DNA from: Nageia nagi
Lineage: Eukaryota > Plantae > Pinophyta
NCBI GenBank assembly: GCA_050084985.1
Contig: JBITNC010000001.1
Location: 119,908,001-119,972,000, forward strand
Length of the DNA stretch: 64,000 nt
Reading direction: 5' to 3'
The position numbers and the translations under genes are program-made. The notes under the pieces are model-generated. The model was not told the origin of the DNA, searched no databases, and saw nothing but the letters and a program-made list of their open reading frames with translations. Below, in pieces: positions 1 to 12,766 of this stretch. Every line of letters begins with the position of its first letter. Within the stretch, counting starts at the first letter, position 1.

Positions 1-119
1 GCATTTATTTCATTGTATATTCCATTATGTACATTATCATGGATCTATTTTACATGTTTCCACTATTTCTTGCATCCATCCTTGTTAGAGAAATAATAAT
101 GCATACACTATGAAGTACT

Positions 120-2253
120 TATCGAACTAATGAATCCCTTTGGTTGGTGAGTTGTTCGTGGTAATGAATTCATAAATATCTCCAATTTTTCATTATCAAG
201 GTGTACAAGCCTATCATTTTCTTCAATATGATCATCCATCTAAATTGATTTCTTATCAACAAAGCCCTAAATAATATTTCTTTAGACCCTACAATTTCTT
301 GTTAGATTCCCTAGTGTCCTATGATAATTACAAAATTCTTCATACCTATAATTATTAGGAACACCATTAGGAAACTAATGTTCAACCATTGGTGGAAGTT
401 CAATAAGTTTGTTTAATATTACATTTAGAATATTATCAACAATATCAATTAACCTTGTAAACTTCTTTTATGGTCTATTTTTTCTTCTATCAACATTAGT
501 CATAGCAACTTTTGCTTTCTTTTCATATACTTGAGGTTTAGCTTGCTTGTCTTTCTTCTCATATATTTGTGATTTTTTGGAATGCATATTATGAAGTTTC
601 TTTATGCAATATTCTTTTTTAAACAAGATATCTATCATTTTAGCTAATGTTAAATCATGATTAGAGATAACCAAAAATTTATACATAGGTAACAAAGCAT
701 GTGTAAAAGTATCCTTCAAATCTTGCCCAGACATAGTAATTTTATTAGCAATTTATTTCCAAATTTTCACAAATTCAGATAAAGATTGATTAGGTAATTG
801 CTAAATTTTATATAAATATTTAAATTGAACCTTTTTTGCAATATTATATCCATAGTTACCCAAAAATTGATACACCAAATCTTCATATTTATCAATACTC
901 TTTTTAGGAATACTATAGTACCATTTCAATGCATCATCATTTAAAATACTTGAAAATAACTTTGCAAGCAAATCCTTATCATGAACATATTCCATAGCTT
1001 CCTCATGAAATTTTCTAACATGTATATTTGGATCTTGTGAACCATCAAACTTTATAAATTTCACACTCTTTTTACCATCAAGCAATTTAGAAATAATTCT
1101 ATCAATTAATGGATGCTTAAACAAAATAAAAAATTATCATTATTAGTATGCAGATCTTTTTCTAATTTTTCAATCCTTTCTTGCATTATTTTTCCATTAG
1201 TTAGTGTTGGAGAATTATGCCCTATATGCATATTTATGTTTGTTTTTTATGTTAGTGGTGGGGATTGTGGTGGTACATTGCTAATTTGAGAGGAAGATTT
1301 ATTTGCATCTCTAAGTTCCTTTTCCTTGAGTGGCACAAATAGTCCTATTCTATTTGTTATTTCATGTTTAAGCCTATCAACCAATTCCAACATAAACAAT
1401 AATTGTTACTTTTCATTAGCTTTTGAAAGAACTCAATTTCTTGAGCATCAAGCTTGATATTTTGTTCTTCTTTCAACCAATTAGGGGGATGCATATAGGA
1501 ATTATCAATTATAGTAGCAAGTTATTTTTTAACATCTACTACAATTTATTCATTAATCAAAATACCCTTACCTTTATTAGAAATTGTACCTATATTGTAA
1601 TATGCAAGATTAAGAATCAGGTGTTTGAAATCATCATCACTTTCCTTATCATCATTTTCAATAGTCATTTCAGTCAAACGCTTTGTAACATTTGATTCTA
1701 TGCTGACGGTGTATGTATAGGTTTGCACTTCATTAATGGCATCATAATTAATAGTAAAGACTCTCCATTTTGAAGAACCTACATTTTTGTAAGAGAATAA
1801 ACTATCTTAGGATTGCGATGCTATAGTATCTACTTCTAATAATTCATAATTGGTTAGAATATCAATAACAATTTTAGCATTATTAGTAAGAAAATATTTC
1901 AACTTTTATTTATTAGATAGCAATTCCTTTATTGATCTAACATGGCTAGGAATTCTATCTAATTCTTTAATTTTAGCATCATTATTAGAAGAAGCACCAT
2001 GGCTTCCCAAACTTATATTTTTAAAATTAGAATCATCTATAGATAAATTAATCTTATTAGGAGTTTGTTCAATAATTTCCATCTTCTTGCCAGAACTTGT
2101 ATATTTAGTATTATTATCTTCTTCAACATCTATTTGGTCATTAGGATCAAGCTCTTATAGAGGTAAATTAGGGTTAACCTTAACACTTCTCTTAATATCT
2201 TTAAAATTAACCTTACTCTTAGAAACCCTAGGTTATTCTTCATTTAAATCTAT
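120..2253 (-). pseudogene. gag: gag of element A (retrotransposon gag domain plus Zn-knuckle region), frameshifted and with stops
   Basis: ORF pieces 801-1124 (KFDGSQDPNIHVRKF...LLAKLFSSILNDDALKWY) and 468-734; knuckle-like NYHRTLGNLTRNC near 290-335. Confidence 0.85.
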
Positions 2254-2401
2254 CTTTGAAACATAGGTAGAATAAACCCTAGTTTTATCATATTCTCTAG
2301 CTATTATCCGAAGCACCTCAAGTAAGGGAAGAGATAATAATGAAAATGGATTCATGACTATGTAGAAGGGATGCCCTAGATCAAAATCTAGGTGTGGAAG
2401 A

Positions 2402-2416
2402 ATGTCATGTTCACCA
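2402..2416 (-). promoter_or_regulatory. Primer binding site of element A, tRNA-Trp-like
   Basis: Minus strand reads TGGTGAACATGACAT directly after the LTR end ...TCTACA-ttt; the complement of the plant tRNA-Trp 3' end is TGGTGAACCCGACGT. Confidence 0.7.
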
Positions 2417-2419
2417 AAA

Positions 2420-3139
2420 TGTAGACCTCAAATTGTGCAAGATATGAATATACATAATAAATAAATCGATCTACGATAAGAAGTGGAGATGATATGCTAT
2501 ATTAGATTATAGTAAATATACATGAAACACATGAACCTGATATGAAGCATATGTGTAATCCTTAAAAATAAATGATGATAAATCTTTGAAGGATTGGGAT
2601 CAGATTCATGGTGAGTTAACGATGGATATTCATGTGTATGTATTGATTACTCAACCACTAAAATTTGGAACCCTCGATCTAGAAGATGCACACTGTTATT
2701 GACATAGGAGAAGCATATTGATGACTACATGGAATATGTTGAATTACATTATGCTCCAAAGATAAAAATTATATAGCTTAGAGTATAACAAATTTTTTCT
2801 ATAGGTGGCATTCAGAGATACAGTTATAATCGATAACCACCTATCAGAGTTCTTATCATATCAATGAGTTTCGATCTATGGAGGTCAACCTATTCCACTT
2901 ACATATATAGCCTACAAGGAAATAGAAAGGAATGAAGGATGATCTCTAGCAATAATATAAACTTTTTTTTATTCCATATATTTTAAAATATGAACCATGA
3001 TAAATAATATAGCATTTAATATAACACATGCCATTGCATTGTAATATCAACTTTATCTTGGCATTTGTAATATTGCAATAAGTCATTTAATAAAATATGA
3101 TTTATTAAATAAATAATAAATTGTTTTTAGGTGTATACA
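2420..3139 (-). repeat. 5' LTR of element A
   Basis: TGTA...TACA termini; aligns over its full length with both LTRs of element B. Confidence 0.85.
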
Positions 3140-3204
3140 AGTTTAATATACAATATTTCTAAAAATTATATGCTTGTAGAAAAATATCGTAAAGATATGA
3201 AATG

Positions 3205-3409
3205 ATCAAAGTACACCATATGCACAAAATGGGTTTTATGAAAAGGCTCTATAGGATCTATATATATGTATGCAAAATATGGAAGGGATACACAAGGAAT
3301 GATAATTGTTTGACAAGATGCATGATTTAAATATAGTTTCATGGAATGTAATGATTTCTGCAATGACTATAAGATATGTAAAAAATATATTTTTTTGAAA
3401 AAGGATATA

Positions 3410-3443
<34 letters not shown>

Positions 3444-4090
3444 AAGAATACACAAGGCCATGAAATTATTTAACAAGATGTATAATGCAAACATAGTTTC
3501 ATGATCTGCAATGATTTTAGGATATGCACAAAATAGGTTTTCTAAAAATGCCTCACCTCTACCCCCTTGCCTTTGAAAACTCAAAATGCTTGAAAACTTT
3601 CCAAGTTCCCTATTAGAATATAACCTTTGTATGTATTCTACTTGCATGTATCCATTCAATTCTAGCATATGAGAGTTGTAAATACTTTAATAGAATAAGT
3701 GATTCTTATTGTATTATTATGAGGATGAATCATTATATGCATTATTGACCTTTTAACCTTTGTATGTGTTATAGTTTCATGCAACCATGCAAGTCTAGTG
3801 AGAGAGGGTTGTAAATACATTAAAAACATGAGTGACTCTTATTGTATTATTCTTTGGATGAATCATTATATGCATTATTGATCTTCTACATAATATTTGT
3901 ATCTGTTCTACTTACATGCAACCATGCAAGTCTAGTGGATGAGGGTTATAAATACTTTAATAGCATGAGTGACTCTTACTACATTATTATTGGGATGAAT
4001 CATTATATGCATTGTTAACCTTATTGGCCATGTATACTATCTTGAGGAACCTTTCAACTTCATTACAAAAATGCCCATAAAACTTGATAT
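3205..4090 (+). pseudogene. PLS-class pentatricopeptide repeat (PPR) gene relic with internal triplication
   Basis: Degenerate translations MYAKYG..LFDKMHDLNIVSWNVMI, GRIHKAMKLFNKMYNANIVS*SAMILGYAQN, FVCILLACIHS...CKYFNRISDSYCII.MNHY..IIDL (three times), then GHVYYLEEPFNFITKMPIK. Confidence 0.85.
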
Positions 4091-4126
4091 ACATGTATGC
4101 AAAAAGTGGAATATGTATGTTGACAA

Positions 4127-4411
4127 TATGGTACAATTGCATCATTTCATACCATTTGGCACATTTAGATCTTTTCTTATCATATGGTGTAGTTACATCA
4201 TTTTTATATCATTTGATGTATTTAGATCATTTAATATTATATGGTATATTCACATCATTTTAAAGCATATGGTGTGCTTATATCCTTTCATATCATATGT
4301 TATTGTATATAGATCATTTCATGGTATATGGTGCAATTAATCATTTCATATCATATGTTGGAGCATTTAGATCATTTCATATCATATGGTGCACTTGGAT
4401 AATTTCATATC
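4127..4411. repeat. ~28-bp minisatellite (~10 degenerate copies, consensus atatggtgcatttagatcatttcatatc)
   Basis: Direct inspection of recurring atatggt...atcatttcatatc units. Confidence 0.8.
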
Positions 4412-5254
4412 CATGAACTAGGCCATTATAGAGGTGTGGTTAGGCATTTCTTTGAGTTCTACTAGTCTTGTACTATGATTATTAAGGTAAGAGACTAAAT
4501 GGTGATTGGTCAATTCCACTGGATCATCCTTCGAGACCCAAACCCAATACTATGATTGAGCTTATAGGTGAACCTTGGGAAACTAATGATGGTGTAGTCT
4601 TTAAGTATCTTTGTATGATATATTATATAGAAAACAACATATTTTCAATAGAAAATATCATAGAAGAAAGCTTTTAGACTATGCCTATTTTTTTAAAATT
4701 AATTACTAAGAAGCAGTTTAAAATTGTCCCCTTAAATAATAAGTTGGGATTTTTAAAACATCCCCTTATAATTTATGGGATGGTTTATAATCAACACATT
4801 TAGAACTTAGGTAATGGTTTATGGGACCATATGTAGGTGGTTATGAACTACTATCATAGAGTTATGATTTTTAGCTTAACATAGATGGAGGGTAAGTAAT
4901 TATTGGCAAAGTGTTATGATGGGGGTTGAGAACCACCTATGAAGGCCCTTTCTAGTATAGTAAAACTTTGGTGTCTTAATCCAAATTATTATAACTCATA
5001 AAATAGGTACAAACATATCATATCCCTTATTTCACTTTGATATGCATGCTAGATAGAGGAGTGTGATGCTTAATTGTTAGATCTTGTGTATCCTAGTTTG
5101 TTATGAATTATCATATTGCACTCCTTAAATATGTATCATTTTAGTTATAGTGTTATATTTATATTGTAAATAAATATTTATATTTTATTATTGTAATAAA
5201 TAATTTTATTTTTATACATCAAGTATATGTCATTCAATTGATCTCTTAAAGATA

Positions 5255-6030
5255 GGTCAAGCCCTAATTTGGCATTCTTTTTTGGTCCAAACTAGTTTTA
5301 ATATAACCCTTAGGATATTATAATCTATGTTAGCTTGGTATTACTTGTTATTATCAATAATGTGAGCAATAACTTATGCATGTTCCTCTTTGTTTGTGCA
5401 AGGAATCATGAGCATCGATGCTATGCTATAATGGTTCTTTTAGGTAATCTCATGTGCTTATAAATAGATAAACATATGCATGGGATGATAATCAAGATTT
5501 AATATTGATAAGATCATGCATATACTCTCAAAAAACTTGATTGTATCTCTTGACACCACCTATTGAGATTGGATATGTTATACTCAAGAACTATTTGTTA
5601 TCCATACTTCATAATATTCCTAAAAGAGGCTTGAATGACATTGACTCCAGACCTTGCAACCTACATCTTTAGGAGTGCTAAGGTTAATACTTTTAGTGGT
5701 GTTAGTGGTAGGTTGCATGCATCATCTCAGTCTCAAATCAAGGATATGAGGCTTAATGCCAGGTAAGCTTCCATCTAGGAGTATCTTCATCGACTATGTA
5801 AGTAAAATGTATATTTCTCTAATTCATTATCTCATAGGTTATAAATATGATCTGGTAACATAAGTCATTCATTTAATTACTTATTATTTTTAGTTACTTT
5901 TATATGCATATTATATTAGTTTAGGCATCATAGGTAATACGATCCATCATATTATTTATAATTTAAGTAGATGCATTATATCTTAGCAACACCTTAAATC
6001 ATCAATTAAGGTTGCATTTTATCATATACA
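5255..6030 (+). repeat. 5' LTR of element C
   Basis: Collinear with 28082-28848; TATA (ttataaata ~5458); ends tcatataca followed by a Trp-like PBS. Confidence 0.8.
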
Positions 6031-6149
6031 TATTAGTTAACCCGAATCTTTTAATTTTTAAATATTCAAATTAGGGTTTGATAAAAAAAAAATTCAAAAT
6101 GTTATTATTGTTATAAAAGCTTCCTTATATTATTATACTTATTCCTCAT

Positions 6150-8750
6150 CATGCTTTTGGAAAAGAAATTTATAAATGTATTTGGTGACAAAATTAACAT
6201 TGAATGCAAAAGGAAGAAACTTAAGCTTTCTCCAAAATGAAAGAGTGTAAGATTGCAATTCAAGAATCAAAATTAAAGATATCATAATACTTATAGCTCC
6301 TCACAATGGGGAAATTATTAAGGTATATTTGATGTGGAAAAATCCATAGAAGAATCTCCTAAGAAAACGATGGAGTAAGGAGTTCAAACCAATGAAGATT
6401 CTTAAGATGAATGATTTCAAATACTAAAGGATAAAGTATTTCTTGGAAATTATTTCTTAACCAAGGATTTAAGCATAGAAAAATCTACCAATCAAGTGGT
6501 AGAGCAAGGTACTCAAGAAAATAATGAATAAATGGACATACACATCATGGAGGAAAGGCACTCATGATGGGTATCGCCTCATCACCAAACCAAGAACATA
6601 TTTTAAAAGCAATTAGTGAAAATTATGATATATTAGAGATGTGGTTCAAAAAATTACCATTATCAAATTTCTTCAAGAAATATCGATGCTAGAAAGAGCT
6701 TATATTATTGATGCCCTAAAAATTGAAAAAGTCATCAAGCAAAGAATGACCTATAATGAAATCACTAATGCATCAAATTTGAAGATATATTTATCTAAAT
6801 GCCATAATGTTAACACACAATCTTCAAAAGAGTATATCCTTGCAAGAAATGAAGACTCCATTGATAATCTAATTTTTACATTATCATATGCCTATCATTG
6901 ATGACACCTATAGTACCAACACTATGATTTCTATTGAACCTGAAACTATTGTTGAATAAATAACTTGTAAAAATTAGTTATAAGAAGAAGTTATGGTAAA
7001 AAAAGATCAAGTGTACCCTAGTGTTGATGTTTGTGTTCAAAGACCTAGGATATTTCTTCTAACAAGACTAAGATCATATCTATGCCCAGGAATTACAAGG
7101 TGTAGTTGAGGATAAATAAATTGCTTTCAAAGATGATTTTAATCTTAAAGTTTATGATAAAGATAAGGAAATTAAATAAATTATGCACCAATTCCATATA
7201 ACCTTATCCTCATTGGATAAATCAAGAATATAAAATCAAGTATAAATATCTCAATGATTGGAAAAGTGATTATTATGAACAACTACTAAATGATGAAAAG
7301 GTACATTTTTACAAGTCATTTATAGATCAGCTTCATCAAAACCATTATGAACAAATAGTTATCTTTTCTACCAAAGATAAGGGATCATTATTGGTGGATA
7401 GTGACTCTGACATAGATTCACAAGAAGAGTGGAAAGCATAGTTCCATCACTGTATTACTTTAGTAAAGTAACCATTTATAGGATAGATAAAAAATGAAAA
7501 TGATGTTAAGGCCACCAATTTAAGCAACCATGATGAAAACAACTTGATGAAATTATCACTTTTTAGTTAGATAAAAATTTTGGGATCATAATTTAGAAAA
7601 TAATAGAAGATAGATATCATAAGGAAGGAGATTTCCAAATCTTTCATACTTTGGAAAGACATATGTAGCAACATGAAGTTGTTTAAAAAGATTAATATGT
7701 TTCCAAATCAAATATTGAAGAGCTTTATAAGAAATGTGATGCATTAATAGTTTTAAACAATAAAGGAATTCAATAAGAAGAAGATAAAAGTCCATTTTTT
7801 CATAGAATAAGAGAAATTGTGGTAGATATAAAAAAGAGTTTATAAAATATAAAGGTCATGAAGATCCAGGCTTGTACATCCATATTTATGAAGATAAGGT
7901 TTATGTTATCACTTTAAATAAGGATTTTCATGCTAAGTTATTTCATCTACATTGAAAGGAAATCTCTTAAATGCTCCAATAAGCTTTCTAATACTAATAT
8001 TTAAGATTTTACAGAACTTAAAAAATTATTCATTGAAGCTTTCAAGATATATATTTCCAAAGATAATCCATTTTTTGAGATGATTCAATTAAAGCAAAGA
8101 GAATGGAAAATAATTGAATACTTCATCAAATATTAGAGAAAAATTTCTAACAATAATATCATTGATGATAACCACAAGCTTGAAGCATGCACTCAATCAC
8201 TACAACAAAAATACAAGGTAATTTATTTTGATTATAGAAAATTGCTAATACATATTTTTCTTTGTAATGTTATAGAAAAAGAAAGCTTTATGATAATATG
8301 TGGAGAATGGAAGAGTGAAAACATGCCTAAGACTCCACCAAAGGTAAGGCAAGAAGAATCTTAATCCAAATTAGTCATTGTAGCAAATATGGAAAAAGCT
8401 AAATAAATTAGTAAGCAACTTGAGAAAGAATCAAGAAAGTTTACTCCCATTTATGATGATATTGATGAGGTGATTACTCACCTATTCAACAAGAATCTCT
8501 TGGTTTTACCCACTCCTCCAGCTAAATATCCAAATTTTGATCCTACTATTCAGTATGAGCACTTTTGCAATTATCATGGATAAAGAGCACATTTAACAAA
8601 AGATTGTTAACTATTGAAACATAAGATCCAAGACTTGGTGGATATTGGGAAGACCTCATTTCCTCCTCCAAATGCATCAAAGGTAAAAAATGATGGACCT
8701 TGGCATCAAAAGAATAGGAGTTTGGAGATCTACAGGAATCATTTCCCTTA
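6150..8750 (+). pseudogene. gag: gag of element C, heavily degraded
   Basis: KEFIKYKGHEDPGLYIHIYE...DFHAKLF (~7830-7945) matches A/B gag; CNYHG*RAHLTKDC*LLKHKIQDLVD knuckle at ~8565-8645. Confidence 0.75.
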
Positions 8751-9609
8751 GTTTATCAAAGCTAAGCATCATGAAAAGTTAGTTAATTTCATGGAAGGAT
8801 TTTAACAAACACTTAAAAGAGGTATAATTACTTGCAGGTAATGTACTTATCAATACTTTTAAAATTATTTTATTTTTTTAATTTTTTATGTTTGAAATAA
8901 AAGTTAAAAAATAGAGTGTTTTATGCATATGCATCTTAGCACTAGTGCTATTAGCAATGTTAATGCTGATTAACTAGTGTATTTTGATCTAGAACATGTT
9001 AGGATTACTTCTACATTATTAAAAATGATAAATTTCCATTTATTACATGGAAAACATAAAGTTCATTTTTTATCCAACATTTTAGAAAATTTGTACAGTC
9101 ATGATAAAAGTGTCTTACAAATTTTCTTTTCAAATTTCATCTTCACAAAAATTTTCATTGCATGTTAGACATTATGTCCTTAGGAGTATTTTGGTTCTAT
9201 AATCCCAACATTAGTGTTGAGATGCATAGGTATTGTTTTTTTGTAAGTCATGTATCTTTCCATAAAAATATCATACAAATCATACAAAAACATCAAAAGA
9301 TTATGCATAAATAATAAAAACATCAACATGCACACAAAAATAATTATTAGTCTAAATTTATCAAAGTCTAATATATATCATCAAAGATCCAAAGGGGTAC
9401 AAAATACATGCTTAGGTCCTTTTCTCATCACCCTATACACTTTTCTCACTAATTACCTTTCTTTTTCCTATACTGGACATAGATCTAGAAAGAGATATAT
9501 TTGGATGTTTAGTGCCTATTTCTTGTTCGAACACATAGATTTAGCCCTCTCAGTATTGATTACATGTGGCCAACTTTTGATTCTCTATGGTATAATTTTG
9601 TGTCTTTTT

Positions 9610-10520
9610 TAGTATACCAAGCATGTTTTTCTTATTGTCAATATCTACAACATTAATCATAGCATTGGTGACCTTCTTTTAAATTTTGATTTATTCTTTC
9701 ATTAGTCAACTCTTCTTCTTTTGCTCCAAGTTCTTCATCATTAGCTTCAATTGCTTCATCTTTTCCACTCAAGAGTATTTTTAATTTAGCTAATTATTAC
9801 TTATTTGCATTCAATTCTTCTTGCAAAGAAATAATTTTTATTTTAGTTTAGGTCCAAGAAAACACAAAAGAATACAATAACATTAGTACTATGAGATATA
9901 TACATGTATTTATTTGGAAAGCTAACATTTTGTATGAAGGTACTTACAAAGCTCATCAATATAATCAATGGGAATAGTGAGTGGGATATCAGCCATGATC
10001 ATTGTAGGAAAACAATAAGTTGATTTTCCTTGATCCATTATTTAATTTCATAGTGATTTAGTGAGAAATTAATTTGATATTTGTGCAAATGAGTGGGAGA
10101 CCCATATCGAAAGGATGATTAAAAAAATAATATGTACATGAATTTAAAATTCATTGAACTAAATAAATCATCTAGCTAATTTGAGTTATTCATTAGGTCT
10201 GAAGGAAGGATAACTTGTCTCATTCAATAGAGACATAATAGTTCCATTAGTGGTATGATAAGGATAAAGTTGGGGAATTATTTCCTCATTTTCTTCAAAA
10301 GGAAGCTTTTGGAGATGAAAAGCCTCCTCATTGGGAAGGTATAATCCAGATAGATCATTTAAATAAAACTAAATATTAGTGGAGTGAGGATTTTTGGTGG
10401 AATTCTCATGTTTTGGTATTTAGGAGAATCACCTACATATTTTGTTAGGTTGCTAATAATTTTGAATTTACTAAGATAGATAAGTCATCTTTATTGGATC
10501 ATGATTTTTCCCACAAGTAT
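9610..10520 (-). pseudogene. Putative 3' exons (coiled-coil-like) of the antisense PMD gene of element C
   Basis: Minus-strand GTAAGT donor at ~9947, pyrimidine tract at ~9860-9880, then E/K-rich heptad-like sequence (LQEELNANK..LAKLKILLSGKDEAIEANDEELGAKEEELTNE). Same layout as the last exon of B's PMD gene. Confidence 0.45.
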
Positions 10521-10579
10521 TAAATTAAGGTAAAAGATACACCATTAGAAATTAAATGTCATGCCAAATTAAAATGAGT

Positions 10580-11860
10580 TATTATACAACCCCTTTTCGT
10601 TAAGGAATGTATCATGGACATTCGTTTGAAGTTTTTAGTTGAAATTACTTGAAACTTGACAAACTGTCTAGTTGGATAAAACTTGACAAACTGTATAATC
10701 CTAAAATTTGATGAGTTATCTAGTTTCAAAACCTAACAAACCATCTAGTTAAAGAACTTAATGATCCCTCTAGTTTTGGAGTCTTTTCATCATGTCCAAC
10801 ACAAAAATGATCATAACTTTTGATATAGATATCTGATTAAGGCATATGATATATCATTGGAAAGTTGATGATGATACCTTTCTAATGAGTCGTTATATAA
10901 TATCTTTTTATAAAGGAATGTATCTTGGGAATCTATTTGAATTTTTAAATTGAAACTACCAAAAACATGATGAACCATCTAGTTTCATTGTTCCAGAACT
11001 TGATGAACATCTAGTCCCAGAACCTCACAAACCATCTAGTCCTAGAACTTGATGAACCATCTAGTTCCACAACCTAATGAATTATCTAGTCCTAGAACTT
11101 GATGATCCCTCCAATTTTAGATCCTTTTTGGTATGTTCAACATAAAAATGATCATAACTTTTGATGTAGATCTTTGATTGAGCCATATTATATACCATTG
11201 GAAAATTGATGATGATACATTTCTAATGAATGGTTATATGACCTCCTTTCATTAAGGAATTGGTCTTAGATGTTCATTTATAGTTCTTAGCAAAAATTAC
11301 CAAATACCTAATGAATAGTATAGTTCTAGAACATGATGAACTATCTAGTCTTAGAAAATGATGAACCATCTAGTTTTAGAACCTGTTGAACTATCTAGTC
11401 CCAAAACTTGATGATCTTTATAGTTTTGACATAACTTTTTATGTAGAGCTTTAATTGATACATATGATATATAGTTATAAACTTGATGATAAGACCTTTC
11501 TAATGAGTGGTTATGCAACCCCTTTTCATTAAAGAATGTATCCTAGGTATTTATTTGAAGTTTTCAATCAAAAATACCATAAACTTGACAAATCATCTAG
11601 TTTTAGAACATAACAAACCATCTAGTCTGAAACCTTGACAAACCGTCTAGTTCCAAAACTTGATGACCTATCTAGTTCCAAAACTTGATGAATAATTTAG
11701 TCCCATAACTTGATTATCCCTCTAGTTTTGGAGTCTTTTCTATGTGTTTAACATAAAAATGATCATAAATTTTGATGTAGAGCTCTAATTGAGGCATATG
11801 ATATATTATTGGAAAGCTAATGATGAGACCTTCCTAATGAGTGGTTACATAATCCTTTTA
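10580..11860. repeat. Higher-order tandem repeat: four ~280-340 bp units, each with a block of ~27-bp subrepeats (aacttgatgaaccatctagtccta)
   Basis: Anchor cataacttttgatgtaga...ggaaagttgatgat...ctttctaatgagt recurs at ~10812, 11153, 11430 and 11764. Confidence 0.85.
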
Positions 11861-12766
11861 GATAAGAAATGACCTATTAATGGTTGTTACAAAAATTGGT
11901 AACTAATGGGACCAAAAACTATTGATTCATCTAGTAGAACCTACAAATTCATTTAGAGAAATGTAATAATTCATCCAATGGAGCTTGCCAATTCATCCAA
12001 ATGTACTAAACAACCCCTTAGATTATGCATGTCAATATGTTAGGTTAGAACATGTTGAGGCCATTAAGGATAAAGTTGAGGCCATCTAGATACATGCAAA
12101 ACATAAATTCTAAATAATTTTATAGTGTTTGATCTCTCAAAATATTTTTGAATTGGAAATGAAAAATAATATTTTAAATAACAAAAATACCTATTAATTG
12201 TATGTAACCAATCGAATTGTTCCTAGTTTTAATTATCTTTATAACCAAATGAATCATCCTTATAACCAAATGAATTAGTATTCACTTTAACTGGATGAAT
12301 TAATTAGTCAACCTAACAAATAATCTAATTTCATGCTTGATAGATTGTTAAGAGAAGATGCATCATTTAGTTAAGTCAAAAATCATCACTTCTTTGGGAT
12401 TTCACTCAAATATTTTAACCAAATGAGTCCTTACAAGCTAATTTATTTATAACACATAACCATATGATTCATTACTCCTCAAGCCTTTGCTTTATTTTGA
12501 AAGAATGTGCAACATGTATTATTTGTTGTATCATTGAATATCTTTATAATATGTATATATACTAGGTACTAGTGGCAATTTGATCGATGATATAAAATGG
12601 GAAAATCTTATTTCAAAGTAAGGGCTATTTAATTTGAATTTTTAAAATTCCAATGGATAGATCGGCTATGTGATCTTAAATAATTAAAAATAACTTCAAA
12701 TTTGAGCTATTAAAGTGTAATTCGAATCCATATGAATTCAAAAAAATATGTAATAAAATCACCAAA

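Larger units (their letters stand above)
1..3139 (-). mobile_element. Element A: Ty3/gypsy Tat/Ogre-like LTR retrotransposon, 5' part (continues off the left edge of the window)
   Basis: LTR 2420-3139 is homologous to 15703-16409 and 23850-24555. A PBS follows it, then a degenerate gag collinear with element B gag (21470-23684). Confidence 0.85.

Noticed and set aside
1850-2266. 138-aa hydrophobic + strand ORF (and similar antisense ORFs such as 44144-44581 and 46455-47012)
   Set aside because: Shadow frames opposite gag/pol sequence.
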